A DNA stretch of 51,360 nucleotides, taken from NCBI GenBank assembly GCA_029882335.1, contig JAOUKW010000001.1:1-51360 (forward strand), in the 5' to 3' direction. Each line of letters begins with the position of its first letter. The stretch's first letter is position 1. This DNA is from Candidatus Heimdallarchaeota archaeon. GTDB lineage: Archaea; Asgardarchaeota; Heimdallarchaeia; Heimdallarchaeales; Kariarchaeaceae. A program made the position numbers and the translations under genes. Below, piece by piece: positions 35,417 to 45,640 of the stretch. The notes beneath the pieces were generated by a model, which was not told where the DNA came from, did no database searches, and worked only from the letters and a program-made list of their open reading frames with translations.

Positions 35417-37690
35417 TTAATTATTTGAATTGAGTAATGGATAAGTAGAATGTAAAATTTCCAATATCTTATTTGCTTTTGTCTTTCCTATTCCTGTAAC
35501 GCGGATCATATCTGATACATCTGCATTTAAAAACTCAATAGGTTTTTCAAATTTTTCTAAAATTCTTTCTGCTAGTGTCCTGTCAATTTCAGATAAGGAT
35601 GATAATAAAAATAACTGCTTATTACTTAAAGAATCTCCCAATTTAGACCCATGAATTCGAGGTCTAGTTTTTTCCATTTGTTCCTTTTTAATTATGGTCA
35701 TTATTATTTCTGCGCTCTCTTTTCCATTTTTTGTCTGTATTATGGGAATTTGAAGATTTACACCAATCGCACATAATGCACCTTGTATTGCATTTTTTGA
35801 TAAACTACAATCATACTTATTTTCACCTTCTAAAATTAATAATGGTTTTTCATAATAATTTTTTAACCTTATCAATTGATCAAAAAGTGTATTATTGATA
35901 ATTGATTGACAAAAATCACTTATTGACTTTCTTTCAATAGCAACTAAATCGGATAATACATAATCTCCCACTGGTAGTTCTAATATAATTAAATTTAAAT
36001 CATATTTTAGTAACTCATTGTGAATTTCCAAGTTTTTTTCTCTATGATCAATATAGACTTCAAATTGATCTTTTTTTTCCATTTTTTCAATTGGATTTAA
36101 GTAACTTTCTTCTTTTTCATGTTTTTCAACACCAAAGAAATTATTCAAATTATTTTGCTGATTTATATTGTTCAAATTTCTCATTTCATCATTTAACCTA
36201 GCTTTTGTATTTTTTAACATGTAATAATAACTTTCATCTCGGGTATCCTTTGTGATTAAACCAATAATTTTCCCTTTTTTTGATCTTCCTGTACGCCCTT
36301 TTCTCTGAATAGCTCTAGTAATTGATGGGACTATATCATAAAATATAACTAAATCACATTGTGATACATCCAATCCCTCTTCTCCAACACTACTACTGAT
36401 TAATACATTTAGTTCACCACTTTTAAATTTTTCTAAAATCTCTAATTGCTGTTTTTGGGATAAAGAGATACCATATTTTCCTTTATTTTGCCCAATAAAT
36501 TTCTCCGCTCTAACCATAGAAAGTGTTGATATTTCTTTATATAAGTAATTAATAGTGGTTTTATAATTCGCAAATATCAATATTCTTGTATCACTTTTAA
36601 GATCTTTACTTATTATAATTTGTTTTAATTTGTCAATTTTTGGATGTTGTATTCTATTACTTAGTTCTTGAGATATGGCCTGAATTACTTTTTTTATTAG
36701 ATGGTCACCAAGAAATTTATCTAAAGATTTTTTTCTTTTAGTTTCTAACTCTTCCTGTTTTTGGTTGAGATATGCTTCTAATGGCTCAAGTCCTTGTGTT
36801 TCCAATAATTCGAGTGCTTGATATGAATAAATCAATTGTCCGTATGAAGACATAGATTCAAAAAATATTGAATCATCTAATTCCTCTCGCATTTTGTTTA
36901 ATTTAGAGGGGAGTGAGAGTATCTCTTTTTTACTATTTTGAGTTATCTGATACGAATCAATTATTTTCTTTTCTTTCAAGGATTTAAGATGATTTTTAAT
37001 AAAATCTTCTAATAAATTTTTAATTTTTATGAACTCAGGTGGAAGTTGAACCTTTATCCATTCTTCTTCGACAATATGAATATAAGGTTTAACTTGAGGA
37101 TGCGTTTCATCCATATATTGAATTTTGTTTAGATATAGATTCTTCATAATTTCGTGTATTTTATCTTTATTCCCTGGTGAAGCAGTAAATCCTAATATCT
37201 TTTCTCTATAGTTATTTTGGATAATAAAATTCGCTGAAAAAACATAGGGATCATCACCTACAGCTCTATGAACCTCATCAAAGATGATTAATTTTACTGA
37301 TTCAAGATTAACATTATCTTTTAATAAATCATTTCTAAGTACTTGAGGTGTGCAAATAATAACATTTGAATAGCTCCAAATTTCAATTCTTGAAACAGGT
37401 TGGATTGTACCTGATAACATATTAATTTTCAAATGATCTAAATTCAATAAACTTCTAAAAGTCTCTAAATGTTGATTTACTAATGGTTTTGTTGGAGCAG
37501 TTATGATAATTTTAGAATTTGGATTTTTCTTTAAGATATGGGCGGTCACCATCACCATGATAATCGTTTTTCCCAATCCAGTTGGTAATACAACAAGAAG
37601 ATTATTTTTAATTGCTTCTGTGGTTATTATTTGTTGATAGATCCTGGATTGTATTTTATCTTTTTGTATTAATGGATGTTCCAAAAACAT
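35417..37690 (-). CDS. hef: Hef helicase-nuclease (FANCM/XPF-like: SF2 helicase + ERCC4 nuclease + HhH2)
   Basis: Helicase motifs LPTGLGKT (I), DEVH (II), QRKGRTGR (VI). ERCC4 nuclease block DHREK...GDYVLSD...ERKSISDF. C-terminal HhH (VTGIGKTKANKI). Confidence 0.85.
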   Translation of the reverse strand: MFLEHPLIQKDKIQSRIYQQIITTEAIKNNLLVVLPTGLGKTIIMVMVTAHILKKNPNSKIIITAPTKPLVNQHLETFRSLLNLDHLKINMLSGTIQPVSRIEIWSYSNVIICTPQVLRNDLLKDNVNLESVKLIIFDEVHRAVGDDPYVFSANFIIQNNYREKILGFTASPGNKDKIHEIMKNLYLNKIQYMDETHPQVKPYIHIVEEEWIKVQLPPEFIKIKNLLEDFIKNHLKSLKEKKIIDSYQITQNSKKEILSLPSKLNKMREELDDSIFFESMSSYGQLIYSYQALELLETQGLEPLEAYLNQKQEELETKRKKSLDKFLGDHLIKKVIQAISQELSNRIQHPKIDKLKQIIISKDLKSDTRILIFANYKTTINYLYKEISTLSMVRAEKFIGQNKGKYGISLSQKQQLEILEKFKSGELNVLISSSVGEEGLDVSQCDLVIFYDIVPSITRAIQRKGRTGRSKKGKIIGLITKDTRDESYYYMLKNTKARLNDEMRNLNNINQQNNLNNFFGVEKHEKEESYLNPIEKMEKKDQFEVYIDHREKNLEIHNELLKYDLNLIILELPVGDYVLSDLVAIERKSISDFCQSIINNTLFDQLIRLKNYYEKPLLILEGENKYDCSLSKNAIQGALCAIGVNLQIPIIQTKNGKESAEIIMTIIKKEQMEKTRPRIHGSKLGDSLSNKQLFLLSSLSEIDRTLAERILEKFEKPIEFLNADVSDMIRVTGIGKTKANKILEILHSTYPLLNSNN

Positions 37691-37909
37691 TTATATTTCT
37701 AATTTAATTTATGAATTTATAAAGATACAAGGGGTGACTATATCTAAAATCCATTTGATATAAAAATTTTTATCTGCTCAATAAAATAAAAAAATAAGTC
37801 AAGAATCTTTAAAAAATTATAATGATTTTGTATTTCTAACATATTAACATCTTTTATTTGATTTTTTAGATAGATTAAAAGAGAATTAATTTTTTGTAAA
37901 AAATGATAT

Positions 37910-38677
37910 ATGAACGAAATGATTAATCTTGAGTTAGTTGAACATAAACGTTTTGAAAATTCGAGAAATGATAATTGGTGGTTAAGACCTTTTATACAGG
38001 CACTAACCCTAACCTTTTTTGCATTGTATGCAATGTGGGCAGTTGTTTTTGATGTAGAACATCATAAATCTGAAATTAATGATGTATCATTTGTCAGTCC
38101 ATTTTATTCACCCGAAATCAAATTGGATTGGTGGCCCGAAAATTTATCTCCGGGATTAATTTTAATTTGGGCTCCACTTGGATTTAGATTAACCTGCTAT
38201 TATGCAAGAAGGGTGTATTATAGAGCATTTTTCGCAGATCCACCATCATGTGCCGTTGGTGAGTTACGAGCAGTAGCAAATAAATACAAGGGAGAAACCA
38301 AATTACCTTGGATATTAAATAATCTTCACCGTTATTTCTTTTATATTGCTTTTATACTGGCTTCTATTCACGTTTTTTCATTTGTTAAGTTAATTGTTGT
38401 TGGTAGTTTGGCAACTATGGAAGGACAGATTGCTACTCTCTTACTTGGTTTAGATGGAATTTTCTTGGCATTGTATGTTTTATCTTGCCATTCATGTAAA
38501 CATCTTGTTGGTGGAGGACTCAACTGCAATTCCTGTTCATCAATGACAATAAAACGTTATCAAACATGGAAATTTATTAAAAAATTAAATACAAAACATC
38601 ATTGGTATTTTTGGTTGAGCTTAATTACAATTTTAATGGCTGATATGTATATTAGGTTTATATTAGCAGCAAATTGA
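37910..38677 (+). CDS. Putative membrane anchor (cytochrome b-like, five TM) of succinate dehydrogenase/fumarate reductase
   Basis: 255 aa with five TM segments carrying several His residues (SIHVFS, CHSCKH, KHHWYF). Its stop overlaps the sdhA ATG (ATGA). The C-A-B order and the size resemble type-B FrdC/SdhC (b558 family). Confidence 0.45.
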   Translation: MNEMINLELVEHKRFENSRNDNWWLRPFIQALTLTFFALYAMWAVVFDVEHHKSEINDVSFVSPFYSPEIKLDWWPENLSPGLILIWAPLGFRLTCYYARRVYYRAFFADPPSCAVGELRAVANKYKGETKLPWILNNLHRYFFYIAFILASIHVFSFVKLIVVGSLATMEGQIATLLLGLDGIFLALYVLSCHSCKHLVGGGLNCNSCSSMTIKRYQTWKFIKKLNTKHHWYFWLSLITILMADMYIRFILAAN

Positions 38678-40518
38678 TGGAGATAAAGAATATGACTGAT
38701 TTACAAGAAGAGATTAAAAAAATGGAAAAATACGATGCTGATGTCTTAGTCGTTGGTGCTGGTGGTGCTGGTTTACGTGCAGCTATTGAAGCTAGTAATG
38801 CTAATACCAAGGTCATTGTAGTAACAAAATCATTATTAGGTAAAGCACATACTGTTATGGCAGAAGGTGGTGCTGCTGCTGCATTAGGTATGAAGGATGA
38901 AAGGGATAACTGGAAGGTTCATTTTCGAGATACAATGCGAGGAGGTAAATTGCATGGTAATTGGAAAATGGCTGAAATACATGCCAAACAAGCTCCTCAG
39001 AGAATATTGGAGTTAGAAAAATGGGGAGCTGTATTCGATAGAACAACTGATGGAAAAATTAATCAAAGGAATTTTGGTGGTCATAAATATCCTCGCTTAG
39101 CTCATGTGGGTGATAGAACTGGTTTAGAAATGATTAGAGCTTTACAAGATCATGTTGTTCATGAGGACAATGTTGAGGTATTAATGGAAACTACGATTAC
39201 ACATCTAATAAAAAAGGAAAATAGAGTAATCGGTGCAGTAGGATATCGAAGAGATAGTGGAAATTTAGTGTTAGTACGTGCGAAGGCTATTATATTAGGT
39301 ACTGGTGGAATTGGTAAAGCATATAAGATCACTTCTAATTCATGGGAATATACGGGAGATGGTCATAGTTTAGCATTTAATGTTGGTGCAGATATTATAG
39401 ATATGGAATTTGTACAATTTCATCCAACAGGAATGGTTTATCCAAGTAGTGTCAAAGGTATTTTAGTGACTGAAGGAGTTCGTGGAGAAGGTGGAATCTT
39501 GCGAAATAGTGAGGGTGAGCGTTTTATGTTTAGATATATACCAAAGATGTTCGAGGGTGAATATGCAACAACAGAAGAAGAAGCAAAAAGATGGTTGGCA
39601 GATAATAATTCGGGACGACGTCCTCCAGAACTACTAACCCGTGATGTTGTTGCAAAAGCAATCCTATCTGAAGTAAAAGCAGGGAGGGGTTCAACCCATG
39701 GTGGTGCATATCTTGATATTGCTAGTCAGCGATCTCCCGAGTACATTAAACAAAAGCTACCTTCAATGTATCACCAATTTAAAACATTAGCAGGTTTAGA
39801 TATAACAAAAGAACCCATGGAGGTTGGTCCAACAACGCATTATATTATGGGTGGTATTCGCGTTCATCCTGAAACCCAAAGTACTACTGTTAGTGGTTTA
39901 TATGCTGCAGGTGAAGTATCTGCCGGATTACATGGTGCAAATAGACTTGGAGGGAATTCTCTGTCAGATTTATTGGTATTTGGAGCGTTGGCTGGTGAAC
40001 ATGCAAGAAATTATTCAAACACAATTTCCAAATATGAAGAAATCGATAATAGTATATTAGAACCGATAGTTAATGAATTGTTAGAACCATTTAAAGGAGA
40101 AAAAACAGAAAATCCATATTTATTACATAGGGAATTACAACACATAATGGGTGATTTTGTTGGAATAATTAGAAATGAAAAAGATTTAACTGATGGGATT
40201 GAACAAATCAATAAACTAATCGAAAAATCAAAATCTGCAGGTGCAAAACAAGGTCGGAAATATAATCCAAGTTGGCATCAAGCTTTGGATTTGAAGAGTA
40301 TGTTAATTACAAGTTTACTATTGGCACATGCTGCTCTTGCAAGAAAAGAAAGCAGAGGAGGGCATACGCGTGATGATTTTCCTGAAACAAATAAAGAACT
40401 TACTCAAATTCTATACGTTCTTCAAAAAGATGAAAATGATGGAATAAAAATTCATGAAGAAAAAATGGAAGACTTACCGGATGAGTTACATCAAATTATT
40501 CAAGGAGGAGATAATTAA
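38677..40518 (+). CDS. sdhA: Succinate dehydrogenase/fumarate reductase flavoprotein subunit
   Basis: FAD-binding VLVVGAGGAGLRAAIEA, HPTG, GLYAAGE, RGGHTRDDFPE. The ATG at 38677 overlaps the upstream stop. Confidence 0.9.
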   Translation: MEIKNMTDLQEEIKKMEKYDADVLVVGAGGAGLRAAIEASNANTKVIVVTKSLLGKAHTVMAEGGAAAALGMKDERDNWKVHFRDTMRGGKLHGNWKMAEIHAKQAPQRILELEKWGAVFDRTTDGKINQRNFGGHKYPRLAHVGDRTGLEMIRALQDHVVHEDNVEVLMETTITHLIKKENRVIGAVGYRRDSGNLVLVRAKAIILGTGGIGKAYKITSNSWEYTGDGHSLAFNVGADIIDMEFVQFHPTGMVYPSSVKGILVTEGVRGEGGILRNSEGERFMFRYIPKMFEGEYATTEEEAKRWLADNNSGRRPPELLTRDVVAKAILSEVKAGRGSTHGGAYLDIASQRSPEYIKQKLPSMYHQFKTLAGLDITKEPMEVGPTTHYIMGGIRVHPETQSTTVSGLYAAGEVSAGLHGANRLGGNSLSDLLVFGALAGEHARNYSNTISKYEEIDNSILEPIVNELLEPFKGEKTENPYLLHRELQHIMGDFVGIIRNEKDLTDGIEQINKLIEKSKSAGAKQGRKYNPSWHQALDLKSMLITSLLLAHAALARKESRGGHTRDDFPETNKELTQILYVLQKDENDGIKIHEEKMEDLPDELHQIIQGGDN

Positions 40519-40520
40519 CA

Positions 40521-41273
40521 ATGAAAGATGAAAAATTCCAAATAAAGTTAAATGTTCAAATTGGTGAATCTTTAGATAATTTGAAAACAGAAACATATTC
40601 AGTCGATGTTGATAAAAAGATGGTTGTACTAGATGCGGTACATGAATTGCAGGCGACTCAACTTCCTGAATTAGCAGTTAGATGGAATTGTAAAGCAGGT
40701 AAATGTGGTTCATGCTCTGCAGAAGTTAACGGGAAACCTAAATTAATGTGTATGAGTAAACTATCAGATTATAATTTAAAAGAACCAATATCCATTCGAC
40801 CGATGAAAACTTTTCCACTAATAAAAGATCTTGTTACTGATGTTTCATGGAATTATGAGGTAAATAAAAGAATTAAACCCTATAATCATCCAAATTCATC
40901 TGAATATATAACCATGCAACAAATAGATGTAGATCGCGTTCAAGAATTCAGAAAATGTATTGAATGTTTCCTGTGTCAAAATGTCTGCCATATTTTAAGA
41001 GATCACGATCTAAAAGATAAATTCGTTGGTCCACGGTTTTTACTTCGATTAGCATCATTGAATATGCATCCTTTAGACACAGAAAATAGATTAGGTGATA
41101 TAAAGGATGAATTTGGTTTAGGCTATTGTAACATAACAAAATGTTGTACTGAAGTATGTCCTGAAATTATACCAATAACAGACGAAGCAATTATACCTCT
41201 TAAGGAACGAGTTGTTGATGAATTCTATGATCCGATTAAATGGTTTCTTAGAAAATTATTTCCTAAAAAATAA
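40521..41273 (+). CDS. sdhB: Succinate dehydrogenase/fumarate reductase iron-sulfur subunit
   Basis: Three cluster motifs: CKAGKCGSCSAEVNG (2Fe-2S), CIECFLCQNVC (4Fe-4S), CNITKCCTEVCP (3Fe-4S). Confidence 0.9.
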   Translation: MKDEKFQIKLNVQIGESLDNLKTETYSVDVDKKMVVLDAVHELQATQLPELAVRWNCKAGKCGSCSAEVNGKPKLMCMSKLSDYNLKEPISIRPMKTFPLIKDLVTDVSWNYEVNKRIKPYNHPNSSEYITMQQIDVDRVQEFRKCIECFLCQNVCHILRDHDLKDKFVGPRFLLRLASLNMHPLDTENRLGDIKDEFGLGYCNITKCCTEVCPEIIPITDEAIIPLKERVVDEFYDPIKWFLRKLFPKK

Positions 41274-41314
41274 CAATTAAGATAAACTAAATAAAGGGTA
41301 AACCAATAATATAT

Positions 41315-42112
41315 TTGAAAGAGTTGAACTCAACAATAAATATTACATGTATTTCAACAATAAGAACTGATAACTTATCATTTTCCAGATATTGCGATAT
41401 TTTGGAAGATAAGATTAATATCAGGTCTGATTTTAATATATTACCCGAATATTGCTGGGGGAAATCAAGTTTAGCAGATATTTTAAAATTTATTAATATC
41501 CTTAGAGATAGAAGATTAAAAACAAATATCATCTTTGGTTCCTTTCCATTTCAATTACCAAATAACAAACAAAAGACAAATAATGCAATTATTCTAACAA
41601 AAACTAATTCAATTGAATACGTGCAAAAAACTCATGTATTATTTGAGGAAAGCAAGTCACATGGAATTACTGGAGGGATAAATAATAATGTTTTTACTTT
41701 TTCTGATATTAATTTTGGAGTTGTTATCTGTGCAGATTTATGGAATTCCCAATTGATAAAAAATTTGATTGTGAATAAAAAGATACAGCTTCTGTTTGTA
41801 CCCGCATTTACCGTCGTTCCTAAAGGTTATAGCAATTATGCAAAATATCAATGGTATTCATTGAGTATTGCTAGAAGTCGTGAATTTGTGTTACCAATTA
41901 TAATTGCTGATCATAAATTAAATACTGAAAAATACGATGTGGGGAATGCAACCAGTATTGCTGATCCTTCAGTAAAACATGAATCAATCAAAAAACAGAC
42001 AGATTTTTTAGTACTACCTGATGAACATGGCATTATTAATTATAAAATGGATTTAGAAAAAATTAATGAATATAGACAGTATCGTAAATCACAGGGCTTA
42101 TATGTGTTTTAA
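41315..42112 (+). CDS. Carbon-nitrogen hydrolase (nitrilase superfamily) protein
   Basis: The E-K-C triad contexts appear in order: ILPEYCWG, KTHVLFEE, GVVICADLWN. Confidence 0.55.
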   Translation: MKELNSTINITCISTIRTDNLSFSRYCDILEDKINIRSDFNILPEYCWGKSSLADILKFINILRDRRLKTNIIFGSFPFQLPNNKQKTNNAIILTKTNSIEYVQKTHVLFEESKSHGITGGINNNVFTFSDINFGVVICADLWNSQLIKNLIVNKKIQLLFVPAFTVVPKGYSNYAKYQWYSLSIARSREFVLPIIIADHKLNTEKYDVGNATSIADPSVKHESIKKQTDFLVLPDEHGIINYKMDLEKINEYRQYRKSQGLYVF

Positions 42113-43539
42113 CCAAAAAAGTCCTCTAAACTAGCCTGAGTATTATTTTTATCATCTGATTTAATTGGATGTTCTTCTTGTGCATTTATTACTGGTTCAT
42201 TGTTAATTTCTTCAGATGAAAATAAGTTCTTAAGAAGCTGAACTTCATCATGATTTATGGTGGATTCAATTAACCGATTTTTTCCTATTTTTTCTCTCGC
42301 TTCCTCAATATTGTTCAATATTTTTGAAGATGGATTTAATCTATGCAAATTCTCCAATAAACCATCATCCAAATTCAACCAAGCAGCGATTTCAGCTCCT
42401 CCTTTTCCGAGTATAATTTTGGAAAACAATTCAAAATCATCATATATAAATCTCCTTTTTGATTGATGTAAATGTTTAGTAACTCTTTCTGCAATTTGAT
42501 TGGCAGTTGATAGTTTTCTATTAGCAATTCCTCTACTAATAAAAGAAGATGGTAGATTATCTAACTTGCGAATTTTATTATGATAATCATGTTGTTTAGT
42601 TAAGAACAAACCAGAACTTAAAAACGCAAAATAATATTTAAGTAAACCCCATTGTTGTGTTTTAATAATTCTTGAATAGGTTAAATCTGCCAATGCAATT
42701 TGTTGATACGCTGTTTTAACCTCCTCCTGAGTTTTATATTGATTATAACATTCATCAAAAATAAATAACAATAACCTAGAATAATCACTAGGTACATTAT
42801 TTAAAGATTTACTCGCTAGGATTAAAGATTTTGAATTAAATAAATTGTTTAAAATAGTTGAATAAACCTCCATTTTATCTCTTTTTTCTAATATAATTTT
42901 CTCCGTTCCTGAAATTTGTGAAGATAATTCATTTATTGCAGCTCTTAAATCTCCAGCACATGATACAGCTATTTTATCAATTATTTCCTCTGATATCGCA
43001 TGTGCTTCTTTTTGACAAATTTTTGTAAGAATTGAAAATATTTCATATTCATCAAGTCTTTCAAAATTAAAAATTCTCAAGTGTTTTTTAATTTGAGTAA
43101 TTTTATCAGATTCAGGATCATTTGCAGTACATATAATTGGGTAATTACTTTTTTTAAAAATTTTAATTAATTCAGCAATTCCACCTCTATCCTCATTCCC
43201 GGCAATTCCATCAATTTCGTCCATTAGAATTACTTTTCTAATATTTTCTCCCATAAAATTACTAAATTCTGCATTAGATCCGAGTTTTTCTCTTATTACA
43301 GATTTATTTCTAGTGTCCGATGCATTAAATTCAGTAACGACAAATCCTAAGTCATTTGCAATAGCATAGACTCCAGATGTTTTACCACAACCCGGTGGAC
43401 CAAGTAGAAGAGCCCCAGGTTTTGATTTATTTTTTTGCCAATTTTTTAAAAAAAGATATAATCCATTTATTGGAGCTTCATTTCCTATAAGTTGACTTCT
43501 TGAAACAGGTCTATATTTATCAACAAGGGGAAGCATCAT
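42109..43539 (-). CDS. rfcL: Replication factor C large subunit
   Basis: N-terminal VDKYRP, Walker A LLLGPPGCGKTS, Walker B ILMDEIDG, sensor region, and an acidic C-terminal tail. 476 aa. Confidence 0.85.
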   Translation of the reverse strand: MMLPLVDKYRPVSRSQLIGNEAPINGLYLFLKNWQKNKSKPGALLLGPPGCGKTSGVYAIANDLGFVVTEFNASDTRNKSVIREKLGSNAEFSNFMGENIRKVILMDEIDGIAGNEDRGGIAELIKIFKKSNYPIICTANDPESDKITQIKKHLRIFNFERLDEYEIFSILTKICQKEAHAISEEIIDKIAVSCAGDLRAAINELSSQISGTEKIILEKRDKMEVYSTILNNLFNSKSLILASKSLNNVPSDYSRLLLFIFDECYNQYKTQEEVKTAYQQIALADLTYSRIIKTQQWGLLKYYFAFLSSGLFLTKQHDYHNKIRKLDNLPSSFISRGIANRKLSTANQIAERVTKHLHQSKRRFIYDDFELFSKIILGKGGAEIAAWLNLDDGLLENLHRLNPSSKILNNIEEAREKIGKNRLIESTINHDEVQLLKNLFSSEEINNEPVINAQEEHPIKSDDKNNTQASLEDFFG

Positions 43540-43712
43540 ATAATTTTAAATTAGATAAAAATATATTAACTCTTGAGGTAACGATTATATTCAATTGTCA
43601 ATAAATATTATTTGATTAATAAATTAAATTGTGTCGATTTTTCAATCTGATTTCAATTTATTTGTAGAATAAATCCGTAGAAATATATATCTAAATTCAC
43701 GATATTAATTAA

Positions 43713-44699
43713 ATGGTATCTTCAATAGAAGGATTGGTAGAAAAATTAAAAGAAACAGGAATTACAATTGCTGATCTTGATTTTATTATCAATTTTATGA
43801 CTAACGAAAAGATAAGTCCACAGTTAGCGATGAGACGTATCAAATCATTTGAGCAATTAAAAGCAAAATTAGAAGATGATACAGAAAAGAGATCAATAGA
43901 AGATTTAAAAATAAAATTAGAGCAAAAAGATCAAGAACTTAAGAGCATTCTAACTGAAAAAGAAAGTATAATGGAAATCCAAAAAAATTTGGAAACAAAG
44001 TCTGAGTTATTAAATAGTGAGAATGAGGAATTACAACATCAGATAAAATTAATTCAAGAAATGGCTATTGATACTAATCAAGATGAAACTGAGAGTGTAA
44101 ATGAATACGCTGACTCTCTTAATAAAATTTTGAAAGATATCGATATAATTATAGAGCGTAAAGAAGATCTTACAGCAATATTACTACCAATTCATAATAT
44201 CTTATCATTAATCTTATCAGAACCAGATCAATATAATTTCAATATTGAAGATTATTTGACTGCGATAGAAGATAATCCAATTTTTAGCCAACAACAATTA
44301 GAGCCTCAATCTAATTTGCAAGATGAAAGTGACAAAGTTACAGAAGTAATTAAGAAGGAAGATAATGAAGAAAAATCAGTTGAAATTACTGAAAACAACC
44401 AAATTACTCGTAATATTTCAAAAATCGAACCAAAGAAAGAAGTTAAATCAAAAGAAAATGAAATTGATGCAAAGGTAATACAAATTTTAGATCTCTTTTT
44501 AGATTTTATTTCAGAAGCAAGTGATGACAAGAGTTTTAAGGATCGAGTATCTACCATTTGTGATATGGATGAAGCCTATGAATATTTAGGTAGTATTGGA
44601 TTATCTCAATTATATTCATATTCAACAAAGGGTGTAGAAAAACAGGAAGAATTAACTAAATTAATAAAATCTTGGAAAACTGATGGAGTTCCGAGATAA
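43713..44699 (+). CDS. Acidic coiled-coil protein, hypothetical
   Basis: 328 aa, rich in E/K heptad-like repeats (KIKLEQKDQELKSILTEKESIMEIQKNLE). It ends 14 nt upstream of rio2, so the two are probably co-transcribed. Confidence 0.5.
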   Translation: MVSSIEGLVEKLKETGITIADLDFIINFMTNEKISPQLAMRRIKSFEQLKAKLEDDTEKRSIEDLKIKLEQKDQELKSILTEKESIMEIQKNLETKSELLNSENEELQHQIKLIQEMAIDTNQDETESVNEYADSLNKILKDIDIIIERKEDLTAILLPIHNILSLILSEPDQYNFNIEDYLTAIEDNPIFSQQQLEPQSNLQDESDKVTEVIKKEDNEEKSVEITENNQITRNISKIEPKKEVKSKENEIDAKVIQILDLFLDFISEASDDKSFKDRVSTICDMDEAYEYLGSIGLSQLYSYSTKGVEKQEELTKLIKSWKTDGVPR

Positions 44700-44713
44700 G
44701 AGGTGATATTTTT

Positions 44714-45595
44714 ATGTCATTAAAAGGAGCTTCTGCTCTTAAATTACTGAACAAACATGAGATAAGGATTCTTGTTGCTATTGAAGTAGGTATGAAAACA
44801 AGTCAATTTATTGATATTGAAACAATTGCAAAATATTCCGGTTACAATCAAGGTAAAATTGAGCATTGGTTGAAAAATTGCCATAAATTAAATCTAGTTC
44901 ATAGATGGTCTGGTCATTTTACAGGATATGAATTGACAATTCATGGGTATGATTTATTAGCTCTCAATGCTTTATATGAAAAAGGAGTCATTAAATCCAT
45001 AGGAAGAGAGAGAGGTGTTGGAAAAGAATCTAGGATATTTTATGCATTAAATAATAATGATCAAGAAGTACTTTTAAAACTGCATAGAGTTGGATTTACA
45101 TCTTTTCATCAAGTAAAGAAAAAGAGAAGATATACTGCTAATAAACATCATATTTCTGAACTTTATTCATCAAGACTGTCAGCTGAATCAGAGGTAAAAT
45201 GGTTAAAGATCGCAAATGAAATGAATTTACCAGTTCCAACATATTTTGATTATAATAGACATATTATAGTTATGGAACTGATTGAAGGAATAGATCTTGT
45301 AAAAGTAAAAAATCTGGATGAACCTGTTGAAATACTAGAAAACATTGTGTTATTTATAAAAAATGCTTGGTCAAAAGCTAATTTTGTACATGGAGATTTA
45401 TCAGAGTACAATATATTATTGAAATCAGAAAACTTGCATCCAATTATTATTGATTTTCCACAATCTGTAGACCGTTCTGAGAAAAATGCAAATGAATTGC
45501 TAATGCGGGATATAAAAAATATCATATCATTTTTTGATAGAAAATATAAATTAAATACTGATATCAATGAAATTTATAATTATGTAACAAACTAA
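44714..45595 (+). CDS. rio2: RIO-type serine protein kinase Rio2
   Basis: N-terminal wHTH (LRILVAIEVGMK...), ATP loop GVGKESRIFYA, catalytic HGDLSEYNIL, metal-binding IIDFPQ. Confidence 0.85.
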   Translation: MSLKGASALKLLNKHEIRILVAIEVGMKTSQFIDIETIAKYSGYNQGKIEHWLKNCHKLNLVHRWSGHFTGYELTIHGYDLLALNALYEKGVIKSIGRERGVGKESRIFYALNNNDQEVLLKLHRVGFTSFHQVKKKRRYTANKHHISELYSSRLSAESEVKWLKIANEMNLPVPTYFDYNRHIIVMELIEGIDLVKVKNLDEPVEILENIVLFIKNAWSKANFVHGDLSEYNILLKSENLHPIIIDFPQSVDRSEKNANELLMRDIKNIISFFDRKYKLNTDINEIYNYVTN

Positions 45596-45640
45596 TATTA
45601 GAAAAGAATTTAATATATTAAGGTAAAATATTACAATAGA

